A stretch of DNA of 64,000 nucleotides, from IMG/VR virus record IMGVR_UViG_3300036766_000359, positions 32,001 to 96,000 of that record. The stretch is one strand, 5' to 3'. Within the stretch, counting starts at the first letter, position 1, and each line of letters opens with the position of its first letter. Below, piece by piece: positions 36,474 through 46,239 of the stretch. The position numbers were made by a program, and so were the translations under genes. A model generated the notes under the pieces. That model had not been told where the DNA came from, did no database searches, and saw only the letters and a list, made by a program, of their open reading frames with translations. The DNA comes from a virus.

Positions 36474-38324
36474 TCAACTGTCTACAGGTCTACGAAAACA
36501 GAATTTCTTTTTCTCTTTACCAAAAATCTTCACATATCCATGTTCGGAAGCATATTCCGACTCAGTCGAACCATGACGTGAAGCGTGACCATATAAAGTT
36601 TTCTTATGTATGACAAAGCCATCTTGATTTATATAATGATAATCTGAAGGGACAATGTGCATCTCTTCCCAATTGGAAGCGAGATATATAGTTCCAGTAT
36701 GCCCAAAAGTCGAATCAGAAAAACTGATTAAAGTTAAAACCCCTGGGTAATTCGCGAAAACTTTCTTGGAACATCTTGATATCATCCAAGACGCAAAGTT
36801 TTTCTTTTGATAACTTGGATGAATACAAAATCGATCAAGTTCTAATACCTGACTCTGACTGAAACCCATCGAAGTAGCAGATTCCTTCCTGACAGGAGGG
36901 CAAAATTTACAAACAGCAATTAAGTTATTCCCAAAATACGCACCATAAACAGATTTAGCGGCACGACCATATCCAGAATAGTGGAAACTTTGCAAAAACT
37001 CTTCCGGAGGAGAATAATATGAATTAGGTAAAATGTTTCTAATGTCAATTTTTTCAATAACTATATCGTCGAATGAAAAATCATTCTGGTTATCTTCTTC
37101 CTCATTAAAGAGGGCACGAACCAATTTTTGCCGAATGAGACCAGGGTTCAAGAAATCACGTTCCCAAAGGTACATGATTTTTAAATCAGAAAAGTATTTA
37201 TCAATGTACGTAAATTTCGAGGCGTCAGCACTCTTCCGAAGAGAGTGCCAGTATTCACCGTTACATTCGATCAGAAGGTTATGCGACGGAATGAATAAGT
37301 CAAATTCGAAATATCCAAGTACATGGTGACGAATATATTTAATATTAAGAGCATCAAGAAGAGTTTGAGTCGTTCGTTCGAGAATGCTGTCTTTACCATT
37401 GGAAAGAATTTCAGAACGAGCGACGGCTTGTCTCTTCCTATACTCGTCGTCCTGCCAACGAGCTTTACTGGCAACTGATATGGCTTCCCTATATGCAGGA
37501 TTAAGGAAAGCTTTATGTAATCCATCAAGAAGACACTTCCTGGATTTTGGGTCTGCCCACTGACGAGTTGCGTTATCCGACTTTAAGCGAAGAAGATCAG
37601 GGTCTTCGTTTGCTTTCTTTATTTTTTCTCGATATTCAGGGTCTTCCAAAAATGATTTGGCTCTATCGGATGCTTCTTTAATGGCAACGTCATTACCTTT
37701 CCAAAACAAAGCAATGGAATCAATTACACTGCTACGGTATTCATCATTATTCCATCTTTCAATAGCAAGAGTCCGTTGTAGTTCAACGTGTTTATCTGAT
37801 GCTTTAACATCAAGTTGACGTTTCACATACTCAGGGTCTAACCACATAGACTTAGCGCGTTCAGAACGAGCGTCACGTTCGTTCTGATCAACTTTTTGGT
37901 TATCACGAAATTCTTCTGTTTTCCACAGTTCAGTAGTTCTTATGGAGGCTTCATTCCTGATCTGAGGGTTACTCCACGTCTTTGTCGAAGATTCCGTAAT
38001 CTTCTTACGAAATAAATCATTTGCCCATAAATTTTTGGAAATGTCCGACTGTTGAGAGCAACGATCATCGGACCACGATTTTCTGACACCTGCGGATATG
38101 GAGGCAAGATAACCAGGGTCCAGACTTTTCTCTTTCACACCACAAGAAAGACATCTATACTTACCAACACGCTTAATAGTGCGAAGTAAAGATGCGATTT
38201 TTATCTGGACTTCAGCACCACACTCACATAGCGCCGTAACGACTGACTGATTCGTTAACCGACCGTATTCACCTTTAACAAACGACTGGGAGATTTTGAA
38301 TCGTTCAAGGTCAGGATGGGTCAT
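36474..38324 (-). CDS. Helical-repeat + Vsr/DUF559-like endonuclease fused to a Mom/Hef-like GNAT domain
   Basis: W....R repeats; FEFDLFIPSHNLLIECNGEYWH; then EFLQSFHY, LELDRFC, ISFSDSTFGHTGTIYLASNW. Confidence 0.75.
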   Translation of the reverse strand: MTHPDLERFKISQSFVKGEYGRLTNQSVVTALCECGAEVQIKIASLLRTIKRVGKYRCLSCGVKEKSLDPGYLASISAGVRKSWSDDRCSQQSDISKNLWANDLFRKKITESSTKTWSNPQIRNEASIRTTELWKTEEFRDNQKVDQNERDARSERAKSMWLDPEYVKRQLDVKASDKHVELQRTLAIERWNNDEYRSSVIDSIALFWKGNDVAIKEASDRAKSFLEDPEYREKIKKANEDPDLLRLKSDNATRQWADPKSRKCLLDGLHKAFLNPAYREAISVASKARWQDDEYRKRQAVARSEILSNGKDSILERTTQTLLDALNIKYIRHHVLGYFEFDLFIPSHNLLIECNGEYWHSLRKSADASKFTYIDKYFSDLKIMYLWERDFLNPGLIRQKLVRALFNEEEDNQNDFSFDDIVIEKIDIRNILPNSYYSPPEEFLQSFHYSGYGRAAKSVYGAYFGNNLIAVCKFCPPVRKESATSMGFSQSQVLELDRFCIHPSYQKKNFASWMISRCSKKVFANYPGVLTLISFSDSTFGHTGTIYLASNWEEMHIVPSDYHYINQDGFVIHKKTLYGHASRHGSTESEYASEHGYVKIFGKEKKKFCFRRPVDS

Positions 38325-38373
38325 TCCAGAATTTACATTAGAAATAAGAAATTTATGACAGTAATTTAAATAG

Positions 38374-39147
38374 TCATCCCGATATGGTCAAAATTTGAGC
38401 GTCACCGCGGTCTCTAAACTGGGGGAGTGAAACTTCATGAAGTATGTTGAAATGCCTGTCTGAGATAGCGAAATATACGGTCCAGTATTTTCCATACTTA
38501 GAGTTGTTAATTGCATCATCAAGAGCTTTTTCCGCAATCAGGATTTCGTCTGCGCTACGACCCTGTTTTCGAAGCATTTGGATGTGAACCTGCTTCTCTC
38601 GAGCCTCGTCGGCAATAAGGTCCTTGATTTTCTGAAGAGCGCGAAAGAACCTGTGGCGAACCCGACCCTGGGTTAAATTCATCTGTTTAGCGATTTCCGA
38701 TTGGCAAGTCGTCTCGTGCATTCTCCACAGTATTTCCCGGTCTTGTTCGCAAAATTTCGGACCAAGTTCAAGTTCGAACTGATCACGTTCAAGTTCAGGA
38801 ATAGTACGCAAAAACTGAATGCGCCTAATTCCTCTGTGTAAACGATATGAGACTGCAGCCTGAGTAATTCCGAATAATTTTGCAATTTGCTCTTGCTTCA
38901 TCTTATCTTTATGGTATAAACAGATTAGATCAGCTTCCCGAGAAGGGATCCTTTCCAAATACCTAGATATGGAATCGAAGTCTAGAGGCTGCCCGTCGAT
39001 CGAGATATCTTCTTCATCATCAGGAGCGAGGTTACGCTCAATCAGATTATTGATATCCTCCGATTCTCGGTCGTAACCTAAACGATCTTCGTTGCTAAAC
39101 CTTGATGACAGACTATTCGGATCTTGGATCAGGACATGTGTTGACAT
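38374..39147 (-). CDS. Transcription regulator with two sigma70 region-4-like HTH motifs
   Basis: MKQEQIAKLFGITQAAVSYRL and TCQSEIAKQMNLTQGRVRHRF. Confidence 0.65.
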   Translation of the reverse strand: MSTHVLIQDPNSLSSRFSNEDRLGYDRESEDINNLIERNLAPDDEEDISIDGQPLDFDSISRYLERIPSREADLICLYHKDKMKQEQIAKLFGITQAAVSYRLHRGIRRIQFLRTIPELERDQFELELGPKFCEQDREILWRMHETTCQSEIAKQMNLTQGRVRHRFFRALQKIKDLIADEAREKQVHIQMLRKQGRSADEILIAEKALDDAINNSKYGKYWTVYFAISDRHFNILHEVSLPQFRDRGDAQILTISG

Positions 39148-39259
39148 TTACTCTCCAACTAAAACACAGGCAACGCCCATGGTAGTATCCAGTATTTGTA
39201 TTATTTAGCGGAGTTCCGCAGTCTGTATACATATTTGTCTGGGTATTGGAGAGCAGATC

Positions 39260-39292
39260 AAAAATCTGTCTGGATAACACTACCAGACAGAT
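39260..39292 (-). terminator. Intrinsic terminator after the DUF3307-like gene
   Basis: Perfect 10-bp stem ATCTGTCTGG/CCAGACAGAT, 9-nt loop, followed by a T-run on the minus strand. Confidence 0.6.
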
Positions 39293-39342
39293 ATGTTCTT
39301 TCGCACACAGTCATTTCAAAACAACCAAACTCTGGCTAGTTA

Positions 39343-39828
39343 TTATAACCACTTCAGAGCTACAGCGTTACAACAAACGTGCATTAGATTGTCCACAATG
39401 ATCATAAGCCAGAACGCGAGCCATATGGGACGATCAGGCGGGTAGCCGGTGGCCTGACACTCTGCCCATGGCGGGGTTGGCGCAACAGGATGTGCAAAAT
39501 GACTTTGCAGGTTTCGACACCCCGATGTTTGGATTCCAACCACCGTGACGCTGGCATCAATGCCCGGGCACACAGACCAAGGAGCTAGCCAGTTCTTAGC
39601 CCAGACAACATACCGAGCCAGCCGCCAACGGTCGATAATAAAGTGCGTTCCCGCTATGAACGTTAACGCTTGCCAAGATGGTTGAAGAAAAAAGAATGGC
39701 AATGTGTATACGATGGCATGAACCACCGCCGCTACAGACCGTTTGGTCTTCTCCGTGGCCATCCAATCGCTTTGAGTAACATAATCACCAAAGGCGTGTA
39801 GAATCAGTTGATCAGCAGTCACAAGCAT
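39343..39828 (-). CDS. DUF3307-like membrane protein
   Basis: HAFGDYVTQSDWMA, HAIVY, THFIID and DNLMH motifs with hydrophobic segments. Confidence 0.75.
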   Translation of the reverse strand: MLVTADQLILHAFGDYVTQSDWMATEKTKRSVAAVVHAIVYTLPFFFLQPSWQALTFIAGTHFIIDRWRLARYVVWAKNWLAPWSVCPGIDASVTVVGIQTSGCRNLQSHFAHPVAPTPPWAECQATGYPPDRPIWLAFWLMIIVDNLMHVCCNAVALKWL

Positions 39829-39851
39829 AACACGCTTCCTTCTGGAAAGGT

Positions 39852-40907
39852 TCAGTCGATAATGTCAGAAAGCCACGATTCTCTCGGAATCGGTTCCGGA
39901 GACTGTAGGGGAATTGAAACCCCTATCTTGAATGGTAATATGTCTACCGACATAATTCCGAGATCTTGATGCAGAATATCGGTAGCCAACGAAAAACTCG
40001 GTCGACCAGGTTCTCTAATACGAGAGGATAAGTCAATAGACTCATCAAGACCGACCAGGTCATAATTGAGACGAATGCGATCGCGCATGAGAACGGCTTT
40101 GTCTCGTTCAGAAGGAGACATACCGGGGAGACCACTGGCGTATAAATCATCGATGCTCTGATGATGGCACAGAGAAACAGCAACTTTCTTTCGAAGTCGC
40201 TCGACTCCGTGTATTCCGTCAGACGAGTCACCGCAAAGAGCCTTGAACATACGAACGTGTGACGGTAAAACAGCGGGATGGCTACCCTTGTTCATACGAG
40301 CCCAGTGTTTGGCTGATTTTTCAGCGTCAAAAAATCTATCGCCGTCTATTCCGGGGACATAACATGCAACACGCGGATCAACGAGAAGTTGGAAGAAATC
40401 CTTGTCAGCTGATACTATGACTCTAACAGAGTCTCGATTGGATCGGCAAAAACTAGCAATAAGGTCATCAGCTTCTTCATTCGGGTCGTGATAAACGTCA
40501 CATCCGAGAAGAGAGAAAATGTGTGATAAAGTATCAACTTCACTAGAAGAAGAGTATCCGTCGAGGAGTACCTTATTGAGACAGACGGCAGATGAAGAAC
40601 TAGTGAGTTTCAATCCACGATCAGAGTTCAAGTCTCGATTTGATTTATACTCAGGGTCAAGTGTCTTCCTTCGCTTAGAATAACCATCGAAGAAAATCGA
40701 TATTTTAGTGATGTCAGGAATAGAGTAAAGCCAACTTGACAACATGAAGAGAGAGCCATAAATGACACCGGTCGGATATCCTCCAGGACCGGAAAGAAGA
40801 GGTTCTCCGCGTTCATAACGAGAATTGACATAAGCATAGTAAGCACGATGGATAAGATTGTTACCATCAACAAGAACATGACGTTCTAGTCCACCGGGTC
40901 GTCTCAT
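39852..40907 (-). CDS. 5'-3' exonuclease / flap endonuclease (PolA N-terminal or T4 RNase H-like)
   Basis: VDGNNLIHRAY, FFDG, EEADDLIA, SADKDFFQL, LCGDSSDGI. Confidence 0.9.
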   Translation of the reverse strand: MRRPGGLERHVLVDGNNLIHRAYYAYVNSRYERGEPLLSGPGGYPTGVIYGSLFMLSSWLYSIPDITKISIFFDGYSKRRKTLDPEYKSNRDLNSDRGLKLTSSSSAVCLNKVLLDGYSSSSEVDTLSHIFSLLGCDVYHDPNEEADDLIASFCRSNRDSVRVIVSADKDFFQLLVDPRVACYVPGIDGDRFFDAEKSAKHWARMNKGSHPAVLPSHVRMFKALCGDSSDGIHGVERLRKKVAVSLCHHQSIDDLYASGLPGMSPSERDKAVLMRDRIRLNYDLVGLDESIDLSSRIREPGRPSFSLATDILHQDLGIMSVDILPFKIGVSIPLQSPEPIPRESWLSDIID

Positions 40908-41533
40908 TCCTCAATCGCCTTTAGATAAGAAACCGGGAAGTCTATGAGGATCGGTTTGCTCCTGAGTTTAACGTGAACCTGAGCACTTTCCCCGCCTTCG
41001 TGTATGTACGAAACCTTAGCCTGAAGATTTTTGAAATTTCCTTTAACAATCTTTACAGACTGACCCTCTTTGAAAGATCCGAGCTTTAGTGTCTGCATGC
41101 CAGCTTTCATCGGAGCAATGTCGTTATCACTTAAAAGTGAAAACGTTCTCTTCCGAACACCGTTTATGGTGGTAGTTTGAATCAGGACCGAGCTAAAATA
41201 CATAGTATCAGAAAGTTTTAGGTATGGGATGCCTTCAACATGACTAACGAAAACATACCCATCCATGTAAAACATAGTTTGGGATTCATCTCTAACTTTT
41301 TGAGATACGGCGGGGATGAATACCTCCAACTGTTTTCCGAGAATGCGGTGAGCAGACCGCACAATCAAGTTTATATTTTTCTCTCTCTCACCGAGAGGGG
41401 TAAGTTGAACAATTACCCATTTCCCGCAGTGAGAAAAAGCAGTTTTTGGCTTCTCGGGAACAACAGGAACAGTCTTGCCATCGGACGCAGAGTTTATTTT
41501 AGGGGTTTTTCCGGATTTAGTTGGGTTAACCAT
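40904..41533 (-). CDS. nusG: NusG-like transcription elongation factor
   Basis: NGN-like WVIVQ..VFIP..GYVFV and KOW FKEGQSVKIVKGNFKN. Confidence 0.8.
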   Translation of the reverse strand: MVNPTKSGKTPKINSASDGKTVPVVPEKPKTAFSHCGKWVIVQLTPLGEREKNINLIVRSAHRILGKQLEVFIPAVSQKVRDESQTMFYMDGYVFVSHVEGIPYLKLSDTMYFSSVLIQTTTINGVRKRTFSLLSDNDIAPMKAGMQTLKLGSFKEGQSVKIVKGNFKNLQAKVSYIHEGGESAQVHVKLRSKPILIDFPVSYLKAIEE

Positions 41534-41559
41534 GCGTTACTTTACGCATGCAACAACAG

Positions 41560-42990
41560 TCAAGAAGTTGGTGGTTTAAACCTATCGATCAAACCACGTG
41601 AAAATTCTTTTTCAGGAATTGGTATTTTAAGTTTGTCAAAATCCACGTCCGCAGTTAGGGGAGTGGATGTAGGTGGAGGGGTACTAAATCCAACTTTATG
41701 ATCCAAAGATGTTAATTTCTCGTCATGAGTAAAATTCACACCATCAACCATCAATGACCTGGCCGGTAGTTCAACAAGAACCGGTTTTCGAGGGGCTGGA
41801 GGGGCTGGAGGGGCTGGAGGGGCTGGAGGAGGGGCTGAATCGGTAATAACAACAGGAGGGGCTGGAGGAGGGGCTGGAGGGCTCTTCCAGCCAGTAATAA
41901 CGGGTTCGATGACCGAAGGAATAGGAGCGACAGGAATGAAGAGGACAGGTACGTCAAGAACAGTAGTACGGACGACAGCTCTTCCAGTTGAAATTATCGA
42001 AGCTTCTATATCATGAGGGGTAGGTTTGTCGAGAGAACCTAAAGAACGGGCAAGGTCCCCCCATTGAAGTCCACGAAATTGGAAAAAGTTTACCGGAACC
42101 GGATAAGTAGACTTAGCACCGATAGCAACACGAAGAGAACTTGAAATTGCCGCGATTATGTTATCACGAACCCAAGTAGGTCCCTCGTGAGAAAATAGGT
42201 CATCAAGTTTTTCGAAAGCAGTCGCCGGGTCAGAGTCAACATTAGAAAGGATGTCAGCAAGAGTTTTCATGGAATTGTAACGGAACAAATCCGTTACAAT
42301 AGAGACACTGACTCCTCCGAGAGTACAAAGTGTATCGAGAGATGTGAGACAGGTACGAGGACAACATTTGTTGTGATTCGATACGATGCTCAAAGCATCA
42401 AGATCGTACGGAATACCCTCTGCTTTACATATGAGTTCAAGTCTAGCAACAACATCTTTTTCAGGAGGAGGAGATATGGGATATTCTTCAAGCCTTGATC
42501 GGATCGCTTCCCCGATTTTATATGGTTCGGTCGTACATAGAATGACGACAAACCTACGATCTTCTACTGATTTCAATAAAGCGTCTTGAGCAGCTTTGGA
42601 GAGACGTTGAGCCTCATCCAAAATGACAACCCTTGGTTTCCCGCCAACAGATCCATACTCTAGGTCAGAAATGATAGAACGAATACGATCTACGGTCCCT
42701 TGTGTAGCAGCGTCAAATTCATCTACATTCAATGATGATTCGAGAACTATAGATTCACATGAAGTACAAACACCACATGGTTCACCGTCAACGAGGTCAT
42801 CACACGTAACCGCCATGGCAGTAATACGAGCTAAGGACGTTTTTCCACAGCCTTTCGGACCACCAAACATCATGGACCTGCCGGATAAAGTACCGGAGGA
42901 AGACCTACGCAAAAGCAATTTCACGACGCCTTGATTTCCAATGACGTCTCGAAATTTCCTCGGGCGGTATTTTAAATCAATAGGTTCCAA
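41560..42990 (-). CDS. dnaX: DNA polymerase III gamma/tau clamp-loader subunit
   Basis: KYRPRKFRDVIG, GPKGCGKT, C..PCGVC..C zinc motif, LDEAQRLS..AQDALLK; Pro-rich linker. Confidence 0.92.
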   Translation of the reverse strand: MEPIDLKYRPRKFRDVIGNQGVVKLLLRRSSSGTLSGRSMMFGGPKGCGKTSLARITAMAVTCDDLVDGEPCGVCTSCESIVLESSLNVDEFDAATQGTVDRIRSIISDLEYGSVGGKPRVVILDEAQRLSKAAQDALLKSVEDRRFVVILCTTEPYKIGEAIRSRLEEYPISPPPEKDVVARLELICKAEGIPYDLDALSIVSNHNKCCPRTCLTSLDTLCTLGGVSVSIVTDLFRYNSMKTLADILSNVDSDPATAFEKLDDLFSHEGPTWVRDNIIAAISSSLRVAIGAKSTYPVPVNFFQFRGLQWGDLARSLGSLDKPTPHDIEASIISTGRAVVRTTVLDVPVLFIPVAPIPSVIEPVITGWKSPPAPPPAPPVVITDSAPPPAPPAPPAPPAPRKPVLVELPARSLMVDGVNFTHDEKLTSLDHKVGFSTPPPTSTPLTADVDFDKLKIPIPEKEFSRGLIDRFKPPTS

Positions 42991-43020
42991 GTTATTAAAC
43001 AGACCTAACGGTGGATATCA

Positions 43021-43560
43021 TCACCGATCCTTCATACAATCAAGCAATTCAGATAATTCGTCATTCCATCTACCATGACGTTCAGCTACTTCCGGAAATT
43101 CTTGAACCTGAGGGGGACGAATGCTGTACCTCATTTCACCACTTTTCTCATCTTCAGTACCAACACATCTTGTGAGTAGGTGGTCAACCAAGGCGACACG
43201 CTGGCCTGCTTGCAAATTATTCCAAACCTCAAGAGCTATAGTAATTATTAGATTTGCTTCTTGATTATCTTCATCATTCTCAGAAAAATAAGAGCGTGAT
43301 ATGTGAGCGTCAGTCGGAGAAGCTTTCTTTACATGTCCAGGAACGAGCCTTCCCGCACTCTTTGCAGCCTTGTTTCTACAAAGGTAAACGATGTTCGCGC
43401 TAATTAGCTCTGGATGATGTTTTGCGATGAGTTTTTTCGCGATTTCTGCAACGGATTCAAAGTCACCAATGATGAGAGGCTCTGGAGCCACTCGTTCCTT
43501 CTTGTTACGAACGGCATCATTTTCTTGTTTAATCGTAGACGCGTTTTGAATGTTTGACAT
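43021..43560 (-). CDS. Phage metallopeptidase-like protein, HExxH degenerate
   Basis: IITIALEVW..L..GQRVALVDHLLTRC resembles the LxDHELxH family context. Confidence 0.55.
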   Translation of the reverse strand: MSNIQNASTIKQENDAVRNKKERVAPEPLIIGDFESVAEIAKKLIAKHHPELISANIVYLCRNKAAKSAGRLVPGHVKKASPTDAHISRSYFSENDEDNQEANLIITIALEVWNNLQAGQRVALVDHLLTRCVGTEDEKSGEMRYSIRPPQVQEFPEVAERHGRWNDELSELLDCMKDR

Positions 43561-43620
43561 GTGATTCCTTCAGTATGATGACAACCCGTTAAGTTACACT
43601 AACGATGAACGTTTTTCCAG

Positions 43621-44406
43621 TCAAGAAAAACATCGAAGCATATGAACACGAAAAGCATCATCGCCAATACGTGACCATATGTCATTACAATCCTTACCAC
43701 TACAGGAATGTTGATATCTGACATTAACGATATCAAAATCAAAACCATAGTGTTTAATGAAATTTTGTACGCCTTCCCTACCGGGTTTATCCAAGTCAAG
43801 GCATAGATATATTTTACGAACAAATCGCTTCAAGAATTTAATTTGTAGAACACTTGCACCGGATGTTGTAAGAGCAACAACGTCCGGACGGACGAGGCGT
43901 TCCATAATAAGTTGGTCTGATGGGCCTTCAACAAGAACAATTTCGCGAGAATTCCAAATTGTTTCCATGTTTGGACCAATTCCGAAAAAATAACCTTCCG
44001 GACGTCTTCTTATAGCGAAGGTGTCATGCTCTTTCCGTTCTAACGACCTTATTTGAAACCCGATCGTGTTACCAGAATATGATGTTATGGGAAAAACAAT
44101 ATTATTTATTATTCGACGACCAACAATTCTTACTTTTTTCTCTTCATTCTCAACAGATTCCCACGTAGAAGACCAGCTCTGATAGTGACAAGAATCACAC
44201 CACAAGTGTTTCTTTTCTCGGTCCATACATACATCACCGTGACCGGGGTCAAGTGATTGGTCTACATCAAATTCTCCACCAACAAAACCAATTTTATGCT
44301 TTGCCCATTGATTCTTCGATATGCCACGACCAAGAAGGTATTCCTGGGCGCGTTCCGAGTCATCAAGTTGGGAGTTAGCCCATGATACGAATTGGTCTAT
44401 GAACAC
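43621..44406 (-). CDS. DnaG-like primase catalytic/TOPRIM domain
   Basis: YLLGRGI..IGF, IVFPI..G..IGF..R, VEGPSD, LCLDLDKPGREG. Confidence 0.8.
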   Translation of the reverse strand: MFIDQFVSWANSQLDDSERAQEYLLGRGISKNQWAKHKIGFVGGEFDVDQSLDPGHGDVCMDREKKHLWCDSCHYQSWSSTWESVENEEKKVRIVGRRIINNIVFPITSYSGNTIGFQIRSLERKEHDTFAIRRRPEGYFFGIGPNMETIWNSREIVLVEGPSDQLIMERLVRPDVVALTTSGASVLQIKFLKRFVRKIYLCLDLDKPGREGVQNFIKHYGFDFDIVNVRYQHSCSGKDCNDIWSRIGDDAFRVHMLRCFS

Positions 44407-44409
44407 AGT

Positions 44410-45054
44410 TTAATTATCTGAAGGGGCACAAAAGGCCATGCCGAGTTTAACGTTATGAAGGATTATGCTTGTTTTTCCACCTAGGATTTGAGTATACATA
44501 CCAACAAAGTCTGGTCTTGACAAGAAAACAGGAAAGGCTACACCGCATCGATGGACTCGACAAATCTTCTTATAAACTACAACGGCGTCCATAGTAGAGC
44601 CAGAATGAGACGAGACATTCCCACGAGTGATATTTGTTTTTCCAGCCCACTCATCAAATTGTGATTGACTCCATGATGATGGAACAAGAACGCAATGAGG
44701 CTGGGCCTCAGTTCCACTTTGTTTTTGAAGCCAATCGAATGCAGATTTTGCAGTTCGATGTATATTGTCCCATTTCTCCTCTTTTGATAAAGAGTATGCG
44801 GCAGACATGAGATCAGGGATCAGTTCGTCAAGACGATCCTGGTCATGACTAAAAACACCAGATCTTATCAATCCATTCGATATTTTTCTTGATACGGTAA
44901 ACTTTGGAGTTGACAGGCTAACGATGGCGGGAAGAAAAGAAGGCTTTGACGGTATTTCAATCCAAAAAACCGTTCCTTCAACTCCGCGTTTTGATCTATG
45001 AAGATCATGATCAAGTATTTGAAGTAAAATCAAGTTAGTCGTCCCATATATCAT
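44410..45054 (-). CDS. Hypothetical protein
   Basis: 214 aa ORF in the operon. Confidence 0.6.
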   Translation of the reverse strand: MIYGTTNLILLQILDHDLHRSKRGVEGTVFWIEIPSKPSFLPAIVSLSTPKFTVSRKISNGLIRSGVFSHDQDRLDELIPDLMSAAYSLSKEEKWDNIHRTAKSAFDWLQKQSGTEAQPHCVLVPSSWSQSQFDEWAGKTNITRGNVSSHSGSTMDAVVVYKKICRVHRCGVAFPVFLSRPDFVGMYTQILGGKTSIILHNVKLGMAFCAPSDN

Positions 45055-45598
45055 CAGGAAGATAAACAGTGGCGTCAGGGACTGGGTTTTTCACACCAAT
45101 AAATAATGACTTAAACCAAATATTAAATCGATCAAAAAGTGATAACGACATTTCGTGGACGCGCTCTCCAAGAACCCATTGAAGAGTTGCCATGTCCCTA
45201 TAATTATTGAACACATACTCGTCATCAGCGAGATGTTCGATAAATTCTTTCTTCGATTCTTGAATGCTAGTTCTAGGCTTAAACATGGGGCAAGAAAGAG
45301 AAACTTCATCAGAGTCGCATATAGAACCTTTCCAATTCTTAGAGTCTTCAGATCCGTACATGCAGAGATGGACAGAACCATTATTTTCATTTTGAAAAAC
45401 AACGACGGTAGACTGATCTCTAGGAGCGACTGGCATCTCAATAGATTTAGTTCTAGTGTACGGAAGAACTACTGTTTGATGAACTTCATTGAAAACACAA
45501 TTCAAATGTTTTCTGTCTTGTGAACTACGAATATGCTTTATAGCATATCTAGCCATAAGCTTCTTCAATCTCTTCTCAATATCTTCCTTAGTTTTCAA
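45035..45598 (-). CDS. Hypothetical protein
   Basis: 187 aa ORF coupled to neighbours. Confidence 0.6.
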   Translation of the reverse strand: MKTKEDIEKRLKKLMARYAIKHIRSSQDRKHLNCVFNEVHQTVVLPYTRTKSIEMPVAPRDQSTVVVFQNENNGSVHLCMYGSEDSKNWKGSICDSDEVSLSCPMFKPRTSIQESKKEFIEHLADDEYVFNNYRDMATLQWVLGERVHEMSLSLFDRFNIWFKSLFIGVKNPVPDATVYLPDDIWDD

Positions 45599-46239
45599 GG
45601 CCCATCTCCAAGACCACCGGATTTAACACGTCTAAGCTTTAAACTTCCGTCTTTATGACCTTCATAGGCCACATGAGCATTAGAAATGAATTCCGGGTTG
45701 TGAGTAACCATCAAGATGTTAATTCCGGTTTGTTCCGATAACTGCCGCATGAACTCGGCACACGACGGTACATAACCATTCCACAATGCAGCCATCGACT
45801 CATCGAGGAGAAGAAGGTTCCCCATGCCCATACGAGCCATAACAGCAAGCCGCAAAACCAAAGAAATGACGACGGCTGCTCCACCACCGAATGAAGCTAA
45901 TGGATCACCTTCATTTCCGTCTTCCTCAACAACAAAACGCATGGCTAGGCGGTTTTTTTGCGGGTCTTGACGTATATGAAAGGAAAGCTCTTGGTCACCG
46001 AGGACGTGCCTAAGGCCCGTAGTAGCAAGCTGGGCAATAGAATCAACGTTCTTAGTGAGGGAGTCTTCTAACCATGTCTTGAAAATTTCGGTACATTTTT
46101 GATGTAAATCTGCGCTATACTTGAATTCTTTCTCAGACGTGTCGGCTTCAGAAGCCTGAAAAACCAAAATATCTCGATAAGACTTAAGTCTAGAAACGCC
46201 ATCCTTTAAATGATCAAATCTTTCAAGTAGGTCATCCAT
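45595..46239 (-). CDS. SbcC/Rad50-like ABC ATPase, C-terminal half only
   Basis: Coiled coil then FGGG signature, LLLLDE Walker B, MVTH H-loop; no Walker A. Confidence 0.82.
   Translation of the reverse strand: MDDLLERFDHLKDGVSRLKSYRDILVFQASEADTSEKEFKYSADLHQKCTEIFKTWLEDSLTKNVDSIAQLATTGLRHVLGDQELSFHIRQDPQKNRLAMRFVVEEDGNEGDPLASFGGGAAVVISLVLRLAVMARMGMGNLLLLDESMAALWNGYVPSCAEFMRQLSEQTGINILMVTHNPEFISNAHVAYEGHKDGSLKLRRVKSGGLGDGP

Noticed and set aside
41780-41890. GGGGCTGGA repeats in dnaX as a regulatory or frameshift element
   Set aside because: They encode the usual Pro/Ala linker after the clamp-loader core; no clear slippery heptamer with downstream structure was identified
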